Source: Longimicrobiales bacterium
GTDB taxonomy: Bacteria; Gemmatimonadota; Gemmatimonadetes; Longimicrobiales; Gaopeijiaceae
Reading direction: 5' to 3'
DNA: 64,000 nt
NCBI GenBank assembly: GCA_965226375.1
Contig: CBDDCX010000008.1
Coordinates: 224,001-288,000 of the forward strand
Shown: in pieces, positions 27,699 to 37,152 of the stretch
How positions within the stretch are numbered: the first letter of the stretch is position 1
Layout of the letters: every line of letters starts with the position of its first letter
Program-made: the position numbers and the translations under genes
Notes under the pieces: generated by a model
Database searches by the model: none
What the model was told of the DNA's origin: nothing
The model's input: the letters and a program-made list of their open reading frames with translations, nothing else

Positions 27699-29696
27699 TC
27701 ACACCAGACCCGGGTCGGTGACGATCTCCACCAGGCTCGCCCCGCCGTGTGCCAGCGCGCGCTTCAACACTTCTTCGAGGTCTTCGGCCCTCGTTACGCG
27801 GATGCCGAGCCCGCCGCAGTTCTCCGCGAAGGCCGCGAAGCTCGGGTTGTGAAGCGACGTTTGCCAAACGTCCCAATCCCCGGCTCTTTGCTCCTTCGAG
27901 ATCTTGCCGAGTTCGGAGTTGTTCAAGAGGATGTGAGTGATGTTCATGCCGTACTTCACCGCGGTCGTGAATTCGGCCATGTATTGCCCGAATCCTCCGT
28001 CTCCGGAGACCGAGATGACGGGGCGGTCCTTGAATCGTGCGTCGTCCTCCTGCGTGGCCGCCCAAGCGCCGAGGGCCGCAGGAAGCGCGAATCCGATCGA
28101 GCCCAGGTATCCGGACATGAGCACTGCCTGTCCGGTGCATTCGAAGTACCGCCCGAACGAATAGGTGTTGTTGCCGACGTCGACGGCGATGACGGCGTTT
28201 TCCGGTATCACCCGATTCATCACGTCGAAGACGACGGACGAGCTTACACCTTTCCCGCGGTCGTCCTCGAGACGGACAGCCTTCTCGGTCCGCCAGATCT
28301 TCCATCGTAGCGCGACCTCATCACGTTGATCCTCGCTTGCAACCTCGTCCCCCAGTCTCTCACATAGCAGGCCGAGTGTGACCCCGATCTCACCCCACAC
28401 CGGCACGTCTACCCGATGGAACTTGCCCAGCGTCATGGCGTCGAAGTCGACCTGGATCGTGGGCTTCTTGGGCGTGATTCCGGTGTGATTGCTGAAGGAG
28501 GCGCCCAGCACGAGCAGGCAATCCGCCTCGTTCATGAACCAACTCGCGATGGGCGTGCCGCTACGGCCCAGAACCCCACATCCGAGCGGGTGGTGGTCGG
28601 AGACGAGGCCCTTCGCCTTGAAGGTCGTGATGACGGGGCTTCCCAACCGTTCCGCCAACTCGATGACGGCCGGCATGTTGAAACGAGCACCATGGCCCAC
28701 GATGATCACGGGCCGCTTCGCGGTGCGCAGCAGCTCGGACGCCTGGTCCAGAGCGTCGTCGGGCGGTGCGATGTCGCGGGCCGTGATGCGACCCAGGGGG
28801 CCGCCCGACCTAGCGCCGTCCCTCGCCGGGAGCTTCTGAACCTCATCCGGGAAGATCAGGTGGGACACGCCACGGTTCAGCAGCGCACTCTTACACGCCA
28901 AGGTCATGAGCTCCGCGTGCCGACTCGTGTGCAGAACCGATTGGCTCCACTGAGCCACCTTCCCGTACGCGGCCTGGAGATCGACCTCCTGAAAGGCACC
29001 GGGTCCGAGGACCTGTGTGTTGACTTGTCCGGTCAGGGCCAGAATCGGCGCGCGGTCCACATTGGCGTCCCACAGACCGGTAAGGAGGTTCGGTGCACCG
29101 GGACCGGCGATCGCGAGGCAGGCGGCGGGCCTGCCGGTGAGCTTGCCGTATGCCGAGGCTGCGAACGAGGCCGCTCCTTCATGTCGTATCCCGTAGTACG
29201 TGAGGTTGCCCGCCTCTTCTTGTAGCCGGAAGGCGTCGGCCAGTCCGAGATTCGAGTGTCCGACCATGCCCCACACGTGTTTGATGCCCCAGTTGACCAT
29301 CGTCTCGGCCATGAGGTCCGACACCGTGCGGATGTGCGCTCCCTCCTTCTCGAACCCGACGTAGATGCCGTCTTCACGGACCTCGATCGGAAAAGTCTCC
29401 ACACCGTCATCATATCCGGGAGGGATGCCCGTGGTCGGGTGGAAGTCCCAGCCATGCCACGGGCAACGGAGGAGTCCGTTCTCGATAGAGCCCTCGCCGA
29501 GCGGTCCGCCTTGGTGGGGACAGCGGTTGTCCAGGGCAGCATATTCGCCCTCGAACCGCGAGAGGCAGACGGTTCGGTGAGCACAGGTGGCGGTGGTGAC
29601 ACGACCCTCGGGAAGCTCTTCGTGGTCCAGGACCTTGAACCAGGTTCGGGCTGGGCCGTTGTCGCTGGGCGTGGGGCCGCGGTCATGCTTCGTCAC
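27699..29696 (-). CDS. Rieske [2Fe-2S] domain fused to a pyruvate oxidase/AHAS-like ThDP enzyme
   Basis: CPHQGG...CPWHG Rieske motifs; IRHEGAA; GDGGF...NN ThDP motif; AAGGAGG RBS before GTG 29696. Confidence 0.9.
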   Translation of the reverse strand: MTKHDRGPTPSDNGPARTWFKVLDHEELPEGRVTTATCAHRTVCLSRFEGEYAALDNRCPHQGGPLGEGSIENGLLRCPWHGWDFHPTTGIPPGYDDGVETFPIEVREDGIYVGFEKEGAHIRTVSDLMAETMVNWGIKHVWGMVGHSNLGLADAFRLQEEAGNLTYYGIRHEGAASFAASAYGKLTGRPAACLAIAGPGAPNLLTGLWDANVDRAPILALTGQVNTQVLGPGAFQEVDLQAAYGKVAQWSQSVLHTSRHAELMTLACKSALLNRGVSHLIFPDEVQKLPARDGARSGGPLGRITARDIAPPDDALDQASELLRTAKRPVIIVGHGARFNMPAVIELAERLGSPVITTFKAKGLVSDHHPLGCGVLGRSGTPIASWFMNEADCLLVLGASFSNHTGITPKKPTIQVDFDAMTLGKFHRVDVPVWGEIGVTLGLLCERLGDEVASEDQRDEVALRWKIWRTEKAVRLEDDRGKGVSSSVVFDVMNRVIPENAVIAVDVGNNTYSFGRYFECTGQAVLMSGYLGSIGFALPAALGAWAATQEDDARFKDRPVISVSGDGGFGQYMAEFTTAVKYGMNITHILLNNSELGKISKEQRAGDWDVWQTSLHNPSFAAFAENCGGLGIRVTRAEDLEEVLKRALAHGGASLVEIVTDPGLV

Positions 29697-30556
29697 GATG
29701 TCCTCCTTGGCGCAATGGGGCACTCTCCTCGAAATCGAGAGCGGCCGCGTCACATACCGGACGATACCCGATGTTCTGGTAGATCCGGTTCGATGTCGGG
29801 TTTTCCAGGTCGGTGTAAAGAAAGCAGAATGACCGACCGGTATCGAGCAGGTGTTGGCTCACCGCGGCCACACACGCAGAGGCGTACCCACGACCGCGCA
29901 GACCGGGTGGTGTGTAGACGAGGTTGACCCGGATCCCGTTCGGCGTGGGACCGGCTGAGGCGGCCATGGACACGGGCCCGCCGTCCTCCCAGATGAAGAC
30001 GGACTGCTCGTCGATCCTTCTGCGGGCCGCCGCACGCACGTCGGTTTCGCCGCCAATGTGGGTGTCGCGCTCGAAGGCGGTCATCCACTCCACCAGCAGG
30101 TCGAGGTCACCGGCCTCGATGACTCGTATGCTCCCTGAGGCTCGGGAACGCGGAGGCTGCACCTGGTCGAGTTGGTAGATGCGCAGGCTCATTGCCGTGG
30201 TGACCGCCGCCGGTCGGCGCGTGACCCAGGCTTCCGCGAAGGCCTCGGCGGCTTCCACGCGGCCTGTGACACCAGGAACGTCCTCATACCGGTCGGCGAG
30301 GTCTGCTGCCAGGGCGTCGAGGTATGGGCGAGGGGCGGAGCTCACGACTGCTCTCTGGGGGGGCCGTGCGCATGGCACAGGCTACGGGGCGCTTCCCATC
30401 GAGGACCACCGCCAGGTAGTCGGAGGAGTCTTCCTCTCCGGTCTCGAGCCTCGCGCTGACCCCGAGGATCAGGTTGTTCTCGGCTTCGGCTTCCAGCAGC
30501 AAAGTGCCGCTCGACTCCAGGAAGGAGGCTCCGTTTCGGTGTCGCTCGACCCTCAT
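29683..30556 (-). pseudogene. GNAT acetyltransferase, frameshifted (possibly a sequencing error)
   Basis: EAENNLILG N-part and VYTPPGLRGRGYAS..LYTDLENPTSNRIY C-part lie in different frames, switching at the G7 run 30357-30363. Confidence 0.8.
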
Positions 30557-30777
30557 CTCGCTGATCCCATGACATGTTACGCGCTGTGCGCAGTGGCTTC
30601 CATTACCGATGGATCGCGGGCCCTTCGATGACCAATTGCCTCCATTTATGGGGAGACGTCGAGGGAAACGAAAGGAGGCGATGGACTGCGGTCGGTGTGG
30701 AACCTAGTCTTCCGCAGTTCGTTCGGGTCCAGAGACGTCCCTCGACCCGTTTTCCTGAACCTTGCACCCCGGCTTCC

Positions 30778-31677
30778 GTGACATTCGGCATCCAGAGCAC
30801 AGAATCCCTTCTCGAGGGGCTGGGCAGGGAGGTCCAGACCCAGGTCCAGCGGGCTAGTGAAGCTCTCACTCAGCCGGGCGACCTCGGCGTGGCGGCGCAC
30901 GTGTCCCGACGGACTCTCAAGAAAGCGCGTGCGCTCCTGAAGTTCGCTCGCCCGGCGCTGACTCCCGACGTCTATCGCCGGGGCAATCACACGATGAGGG
31001 ATGCGGGGCGATGCACTGCCCGAGTCCGCGACGCCGACGTGCTCGTCGAAACCGCTCGCTCGGTCCGCCGGATTGAACCGGAGGCTGGACTCGACGATAC
31101 ATGGTGCCGACTGCTGGAAGATCTCGAGACCGAGCGTGCCGAACTCTTCGCGACGGCTCCAGGGCCCGACGGCCCGTTCAGGAAGGCCAGGGGCCTTATC
31201 GGATCGATCGCAACCGGTTGGCCAACCGTGAGTGAGGTCGGCGATCGGGAGCTACTGCGTGTGGGTTTGGCCACCTCCTACGGACTGGTCCGCGCCCACT
31301 ACGAGCGTGCGTATCGGGAAGGAGCGGACACCAGGGCCCATCACGAACTGAGGAAGCGGGCCAAGGATCTTCGACATCAGATCGAGTTCTTGAGCGGGAT
31401 CGCTCCGGATATTCTGGAGCCCTGCGCAACCGAGCTTCATCAGCTCAGCGATCTCCTGGGGGATGGCAACGATCTGGTGGTACTGGCGCTGTATGTCGAC
31501 TCGGCGCCTGGCGTCACGGACGCCCGGCGCGCCGATCTACTCGCCGGTTTGAGCGAGCGTCGCGAAGGCCTGTGGAAGGAAGCGAAACGATTGGGAGCAC
31601 GCGTCCTCGACGACGGGAGCGACCACTTCGTAGGGCGAGTGGAGACGTGTTGGGTGGAAGCCAGGCCTCAGGGGTAG
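30778..31677 (+). CDS. CHAD-domain protein
   Basis: H..RR.LKKARALL, RDADVL, HELRKRAKDLRH, LG..NDL.VL; start approximate. Confidence 0.85.
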   Translation: MTFGIQSTESLLEGLGREVQTQVQRASEALTQPGDLGVAAHVSRRTLKKARALLKFARPALTPDVYRRGNHTMRDAGRCTARVRDADVLVETARSVRRIEPEAGLDDTWCRLLEDLETERAELFATAPGPDGPFRKARGLIGSIATGWPTVSEVGDRELLRVGLATSYGLVRAHYERAYREGADTRAHHELRKRAKDLRHQIEFLSGIAPDILEPCATELHQLSDLLGDGNDLVVLALYVDSAPGVTDARRADLLAGLSERREGLWKEAKRLGARVLDDGSDHFVGRVETCWVEARPQG

Positions 31678-32321
31678 AGGCGCTCCGTATCCCATCCCCC
31701 CTCTTGCCGGCTGTAGATGAGCCGGTCGTGCAGGCGGTTGAGACGTCCCTGCCAGAACTCGATGCGCTCCGGCACGACCCGATATCCGCCCCAGAACTCG
31801 GGGAGCGGTATCTCCTGGTTCTTGAAGCGCTCTTCGACCTCTGACACCTGCTCCTCCAGCTCGGACCGCACGTGCAAGGTGTTGCTTTGCCGAGACGCCC
31901 ACGCCCCGATCTGGCTTCCCCGGGTCCTGGTGCGGAAGTAGGCCTCGGACTCCGCCGCGCCGATCCGCTCCACCCGGCCCTCAACTCTCACTTGCCTCTG
32001 CAGGACGGCCCAGTGCAGCAGAAGCGCTGCCCGGGGGTTGGCATCCAGTTCCACGGCCTTGCGGCTCTGGTAATTCGTGTAGAAGACGAACCCGTCAGCG
32101 CTAAATGCCTTCAACAGAACCATCCGCGACGAGGGCACGCCTTCCGGCGTCGCGGTGGCCAAAGAGGTCGACTCGGGGAGCAGGATCCCCGACTCTCTGG
32201 CCTCTGCGAACCACTCGTCGAACAAGTCGATGGGGTCACGGTCAGCGGTCGACTCTGGAAGGCCGCGAGTGACCCCTTTTCCCATGGTCAGGACGGACTT
32301 CAGCGTGGACTTGATGGACAT
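31668..32321 (-). CDS. pdxH: Pyridoxine/pyridoxamine 5'-phosphate oxidase
   Basis: RMVLLK, FYTNYQSRK, RQVRVEG, SQIGAWASRQS, EFWQGRLNRLHDR. Confidence 0.96.
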   Translation of the reverse strand: MSIKSTLKSVLTMGKGVTRGLPESTADRDPIDLFDEWFAEARESGILLPESTSLATATPEGVPSSRMVLLKAFSADGFVFYTNYQSRKAVELDANPRAALLLHWAVLQRQVRVEGRVERIGAAESEAYFRTRTRGSQIGAWASRQSNTLHVRSELEEQVSEVEERFKNQEIPLPEFWGGYRVVPERIEFWQGRLNRLHDRLIYSRQEGGWDTERLYP

Positions 32322-32438
32322 GGCATCAACGGTAGCAGAGAGGCCCGTGACGCGGTAGAGCGTGGATCGGCGCCGGCTGTCAGTGACGCAGGTCCTCTGA
32401 GGCCACCCAGGTGCTCCGCTCACCGCTGCGTCGGCGTT

Positions 32439-33029
32439 CTATGGCCGAATCAGGACTTCACCCTGCGTCAGCGCCCGAGCGACGGACTCCGAACCACGCG
32501 CCTCCGCCAGCGCACCTGGGGGAGGGGGAGGGCTGTCGGGCTCCCTGAGCCGCAATTGCCACCACCCCACGTCGTGCCACGTCTCCAGCTTGTAACCCAC
32601 GTCCTCGTAGACGCCGGCCGCCGTGAACCCGAGGGATTCGTGAAGGGCCACGCTCGCCTCGTTAGGAAGCGCGATTCCAGCAAAAGCGTTCAAGAAACCC
32701 TGGATACGAAGGATTTCGAAGAGCGACGTGTAGAGCCCTCTCGCGACCCCACGGCGTCGGACCTCGGTGTGCACGTAGGCTGAGACTTCAACGGACCACT
32801 CGTACGCCGCTCTCTGTCTGAAGGCCGTGGCGTAGGCGTAGCCCGAGATTCCCTCATCGCCATCGAAGACCAGCCAGGGGTAGTGGTCGAGGGTCCTTCG
32901 GATTCTACCGGCCATCTCGGCAGGTGAGGGAGGAGTGTCCTCGAAGGAGATGGGTGTGCTCGTGACCAGGGGCGCGTAGATCTCCAGGATCTGGCTGGCA
33001 TCCGTCTCGGCTGCGAAGCGAATCTTCAA
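32439..33029 (-). CDS. Phosphinothricin/arsinothricin-type GNAT N-acetyltransferase
   Basis: ISFE..PP, AYA..FR.RAAY.WSVE.S.YV, LPNEASVALHESLGF, GYK...WHDVGWWQ. Confidence 0.88.
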   Translation of the reverse strand: MKIRFAAETDASQILEIYAPLVTSTPISFEDTPPSPAEMAGRIRRTLDHYPWLVFDGDEGISGYAYATAFRQRAAYEWSVEVSAYVHTEVRRRGVARGLYTSLFEILRIQGFLNAFAGIALPNEASVALHESLGFTAAGVYEDVGYKLETWHDVGWWQLRLREPDSPPPPPGALAEARGSESVARALTQGEVLIRP

Positions 33030-33043
33030 CGGCCCTCTGACGG

Positions 33044-34096
33044 CTAAGGCCGGTAGACCCGGACTTCCGGGAACGTGAGGGCGAACCCATACCAACGGGT
33101 GAAGACCTGCATGGGCCGCTCCACCTCGAGTTTGGTGCCGTCCGGTGCGAACAACGCGCCCGCCTTGATGTAGCGACCGTCACTGAGTCGGAGCAATGAT
33201 CCCTCCCAACTCGCGTTGTCTGCATCCGTGTAAAGGGCCAGGATCGAGTTGGCCGTCGGCTCGATGTGGACCAGCAGGCCGCGCCCGTCCATCTCGTCGA
33301 AGACGAACCGTCCCTGCTCCTCGACAACGGCCATCGGGAAGTATCTTTGGGAGCTCGCAGTCCAGGCCCCGAGGCCGATGTCCATGCTCGGCCTCCTCGG
33401 ATCTTCGCCGCTCATGGTGGCCTTCAAGCGGTCAGACAGACCTCGCACGCGCTCGGCCAGGGGTGCCCACCGGCTCCGGCGGCGGATCGGTCGGTCGGAC
33501 ATGGCCACCTCGAGATCCGGGTGGGCCTCGAGCGCCTGGTCCACCGTTCCCTGCAGGAGGTTGAAGAGGGGAAGTCGTCGCCCCTTCAACGGCCCCGCCA
33601 GGGCCATTCCTGACACGTGATGCCAGTAGGTGCCGGTTTCCCGATCCCAAAGGACGGAACCACCGTGGAAGAGACCGCGATATTCGAAATGGTGCACGCG
33701 ACCATCGATCGTGGGCGTCATACTGACCCCTGAGTTACAAGCGGGTCAGAAGGAGACCATCCATGGTTCTCCGTCGATCTCGCCCTGGGCCGTGTGATGG
33801 TAGGCCATCTGGTCCGTCACCAACGCAAGGCGGCCTTTCGCATGCTCCATGATGAGCACGCGGGTCTGCGCCTGAAGCAGCCCTTCGTCCAATGCCTCGC
33901 GGAGCGACCACGTATCTTTGACATCGAAACGTACGTACACGGTGGAATCGAGAAGCATGGCCCGATCGGCCGAGAAGTCGTCGCTTCCGGCCTCGACGAT
34001 CTGTTGTGCCGTCACGGGTGGGGGCACGAAGAGGCGGAACACCGCGAGGGCTGAGGCGCAGACTGCCACAGTTGCGAAGGAGCGCTGGATTCTCAT
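33044..34096 (-). CDS. DUF3179-family probable selenoprotein (Sec at in-frame UGA 33748-33746; U-P-A-C)
   Basis: Track ORFs 33746-34162 and 33044-33721 share a frame and are separated by one TGA; read-through gives GEPWMVSF-U-PACNSGVSMTP, matching the family CxxC position. Confidence 0.85.
33713..33730 (-). promoter_or_regulatory. Candidate bacterial SECIS hairpin
   Basis: GGGGUCA-GUA-UGACGCCC starting 16 nt after the UGA, with an apical GU. Confidence 0.55.
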
Positions 34097-34210
34097 GGCG
34101 TTTCCGTATGTCGGTCGGAGGCGGGACAGGGCGAAAGCCTGCCCTGAAAAGGCCTTATCCACGTTAGCACCGCATCGACCGATTGGGAAAGCCGGAAATG
34201 ACCCCTGCGA

Positions 34211-34693
34211 TCAGAGCGACGCAGGCTCCACATCGTGGAGGATGCCGACCGCCAGGCCGAAAGTGAGGAGGCCGGCAAGAGACTCCAACGTCACCACGAC
34301 GTCCGCCAGCCCGGTCGCGGGCGTAACGGTACCGTATCCGATGGCGGCGAGTGTGTAGACGCTGAAAAAGAACGCTTCGCTGAAGGAGCCCAGCGTAGAC
34401 GTGGCCTGGACACCGTCGAGCGCTCCGGGTCCCAGAGCGACATAAATAGCTGCGAACAGAGCATTTAAGAGTATGTACCAGACACCAGCCAGGCCCAGGA
34501 ATCGCGGCCAGGAGACCTCCAGGAGGAAGTGGTATACGGACAGGGACTCCAGGAAGCCCAATCCCGTTCGCCGGACGTTGAAGGTCCCGTCGCGATTGAG
34601 GAGCCTCTGGCGGCTCTCGGAGGAGACGACGCTCCCGAATCCGAGGTCGAGTTCGATCTCCGAGCGAGGGGGGGTCGGCGTCGAATCACTCAT
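34211..34693 (-). pseudogene. KirBac-type potassium channel lacking its cytoplasmic domain
   Basis: RLLNRDGTFNVRR, YHFLL..SWPRF, AFFFSV.TLAAIGYG filter and TM2, then LHDVEPASL-stop. Confidence 0.72.
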
Positions 34694-34709
34694 GACGGTG
34701 CGACACGTC

Positions 34710-35723
34710 TCAGGTCCGTGCCAGGCGCCGTGCCTCCGAGAAGCTCACCAACCTCCCGCTGTCCTCATGCCAGAGCGAAAGCCGTAGCGTCTTGATTCCG
34801 TCCCAGATGGAGATCTTGGTCACGTTCTGGAGTTCCGGAATATTGTCCAGGCACTCCTGGAGTTTGTAGTTAGGGATGCGGGCGCTGATGTGGTGAATGT
34901 GGTGGATGCCGATGCTGGCCGTGATCCACTGAAGGAGCTTCGGAAGCACCAGGTGTGAGCTTCCCTCGAGGCCCGCGTCGAAGTATGACCAGTCTTCGTG
35001 CTCGTGCCAGTACGTGTCTTCGTATTGATGTTGTACGTAGAAGAGCCACACGCCTACGCTGACGGTGAGCAGTAGGATCGGGAGGTGGACCAAGACTAAG
35101 GCCTTCAGGCCGATCGTGAGCCACATGAATCCCACAATGGCGGCCAACACGGCATTGGTCTGCCAGACGCTGATCCACTCGCGCTTCCATCTCCGGGGGA
35201 GGTCGTAGGGGTAGCGATGCTTGATCGCAAAGAGGTAGAGTCCGCCGACTCCGAGTAGGATCGCTGGGTGCCTGTAGGTTCTGTATCGAAGTCGTCCCAG
35301 GAACGACTTGTCGTAGTACTCGTCCACCGTGAGCGTGTCGATGTCGCCGAAGCCCCTGAAGTCCAGGTCGCCGGAGTGAGCATGATGGTAGGCGTGGGTC
35401 TTCCTCCAATAGCGGTAGGGCGTGAGTGTCAGCACTCCGATCCAGAACCCGACCGTGTCCGCCACCTTCTGGGACTTGAAGAAGGATCCGTGCCCACAGT
35501 CGTGCTGGATCAGGAAGAGCCTGGTGAGGAACGCCGAGGCCAGCACGGCCACCGCCAAGGTGAGCCAGTAGCTCACGGACAGGGCACGATAGGCGCCGTA
35601 CCAGCAGAGGAGATACGGCGGAACCGAGGTAAGCAGCTGCGTGACGCTCCGCCGGAGGTCCGCTCCGCCGTACGGTCCCAGTAGTTCACGCCAATAATCC
35701 GAGGTTTTCTGTTCGTTGCTCAA
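34710..35723 (-). CDS. Membrane fatty acid desaturase (Des-like)
   Basis: His boxes QHDCGH, HAYHH, HHIHH; YVQHQ; RIPNY; TTG start overlapping the upstream stop. Confidence 0.92.
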   Translation of the reverse strand: MSNEQKTSDYWRELLGPYGGADLRRSVTQLLTSVPPYLLCWYGAYRALSVSYWLTLAVAVLASAFLTRLFLIQHDCGHGSFFKSQKVADTVGFWIGVLTLTPYRYWRKTHAYHHAHSGDLDFRGFGDIDTLTVDEYYDKSFLGRLRYRTYRHPAILLGVGGLYLFAIKHRYPYDLPRRWKREWISVWQTNAVLAAIVGFMWLTIGLKALVLVHLPILLLTVSVGVWLFYVQHQYEDTYWHEHEDWSYFDAGLEGSSHLVLPKLLQWITASIGIHHIHHISARIPNYKLQECLDNIPELQNVTKISIWDGIKTLRLSLWHEDSGRLVSFSEARRLART

Positions 35724-36520
35724 CTGAAAGCGACTCCCAGGGCTGAGGGAAGAGAGGCGACGGAGTCTAGGATCAGGTCGGGTTTCACGGTCGCGCGCGA
35801 GAGGTCGTCCTCCTGGAACTTGCCGGTGCGCACCAGGACCGCTGCCGCGTCGCACGCCTGTGCGCCTGCCACGTCCGTACCGATGTCGTCACCTACCACG
35901 GCCAGGTTGAAGAGGTCCACCCCCATGGAGTCAGCCGCTGCCTGGAAGAACGCCGGGCTGGGTTTTCCCATGATCGTGGCTTCCCGCCCCGTTGCGTATT
36001 CGAGCGCCATTACGAAAGCGCCCGCGTCCAGCGCCAATCCGTGGCCCGTGTTCCAGTAGCGGTTCCGCTGTAGCGCCACGAACTCGGCCCCCTCTATGAT
36101 GTGATTGAACGCTCGGTTGAGGCGGCCGAAGTCCCACCCTGCTCCCAGATCTCCCACCACGACGGCCTGCGGCGACGGCTCGTTGACGGTGAAGTGGCTG
36201 AAGTCGTCGTGCGTGGCTTCGGGCACGCAAAGCGAAACGTTCCAGAGCCCCTTCTTCTCCAGCCAGGATGCTGCTGCCAGGGGCGCCGTGAGCACCTCTT
36301 CGGCCTCCAATTCGAGGCCCAGGCGTTGCATCCGCTCCACGAGGGAAGCACGCGACATCCGGGTCGTGTTGGTTCCAAAACGCATCGGTAGGCCGCCCCG
36401 CCTGATCGCGGCCACGGCGTCAGCCGCACCGGGGACGAGGCGGTCGCCGACGAAAAGCGTACCGTCCAGGTCGAGGAGGACCCCGTGAACGTCCTCGAGC
36501 TTTTCCGTGTCCTGAGCCAT
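35720..36520 (-). CDS. HAD-IIA hydrolase (LHPP-like)
   Basis: DLDGTL, TNTT, GKPS..FF, VGDD..TDV.GA, VRTGKF. Confidence 0.9.
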   Translation of the reverse strand: MAQDTEKLEDVHGVLLDLDGTLFVGDRLVPGAADAVAAIRRGGLPMRFGTNTTRMSRASLVERMQRLGLELEAEEVLTAPLAAASWLEKKGLWNVSLCVPEATHDDFSHFTVNEPSPQAVVVGDLGAGWDFGRLNRAFNHIIEGAEFVALQRNRYWNTGHGLALDAGAFVMALEYATGREATIMGKPSPAFFQAAADSMGVDLFNLAVVGDDIGTDVAGAQACDAAAVLVRTGKFQEDDLSRATVKPDLILDSVASLPSALGVAFS

Positions 36521-36668
36521 CTATCGAGATTCCCCGCTTTGAGCTACCGCCTCGAACGCGGTCCAAAGTAGAAGAACTTGAACGGAGGGTCCATGGCATG
36601 CTTCCCTCGGATCGGCTTGTCTCCTACTGTCCTGAGGAGTGAAGGGCTTCTCATCCTGGAGGTAGGAC

Positions 36669-37121
36669 ATGTCGATCTGGCGGAGCGCCTTGTCGATCTT
36701 GGGGGCGTTCTTTGTCGTGGCGGTATTGGTGGGACTCGCTACAGCGATTGCCTCGAACGCCATGTTGGGGGGCATGGGATCCGATGTGGAGGTCACCACG
36801 GCGTATCTCGTCGTGAACTTGGCCTACAGCGTGGTGATCGCGGTGATCGGGGGATACGTAGTTGCCACGGTCTCCGATCACTCGCCCCTGGGACACGCGG
36901 CGGCGTTGGCCGGCTTCATGATGGTCCTGGGCCTCGTCTCGTGGCTGGTGGTGAACCGGGGAGACCCGGTGCCCGGCCAACCTTCCTGGTACCCGTTGGT
37001 CATCGGCCTGCTCGTTCCCCCGGTCGCCATACTGGGTGGAGTCCTGGTCACGCGTCGTACCCGCGCCAAGACGCACTTCAGCCGGCGGGCGCGAGAGGCC
37101 GCCGGATCGGGTGAAACTTAG
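36669..37121 (+). CDS. Four-TM hypothetical membrane protein
   Basis: GGAGG RBS; GGYV.A, QPSWY motifs. Confidence 0.78.
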   Translation: MSIWRSALSILGAFFVVAVLVGLATAIASNAMLGGMGSDVEVTTAYLVVNLAYSVVIAVIGGYVVATVSDHSPLGHAAALAGFMMVLGLVSWLVVNRGDPVPGQPSWYPLVIGLLVPPVAILGGVLVTRRTRAKTHFSRRAREAAGSGET

Positions 37122-37152
37122 GGGTGGGCCTCGGAGGTCGTGGAGTCCGATC

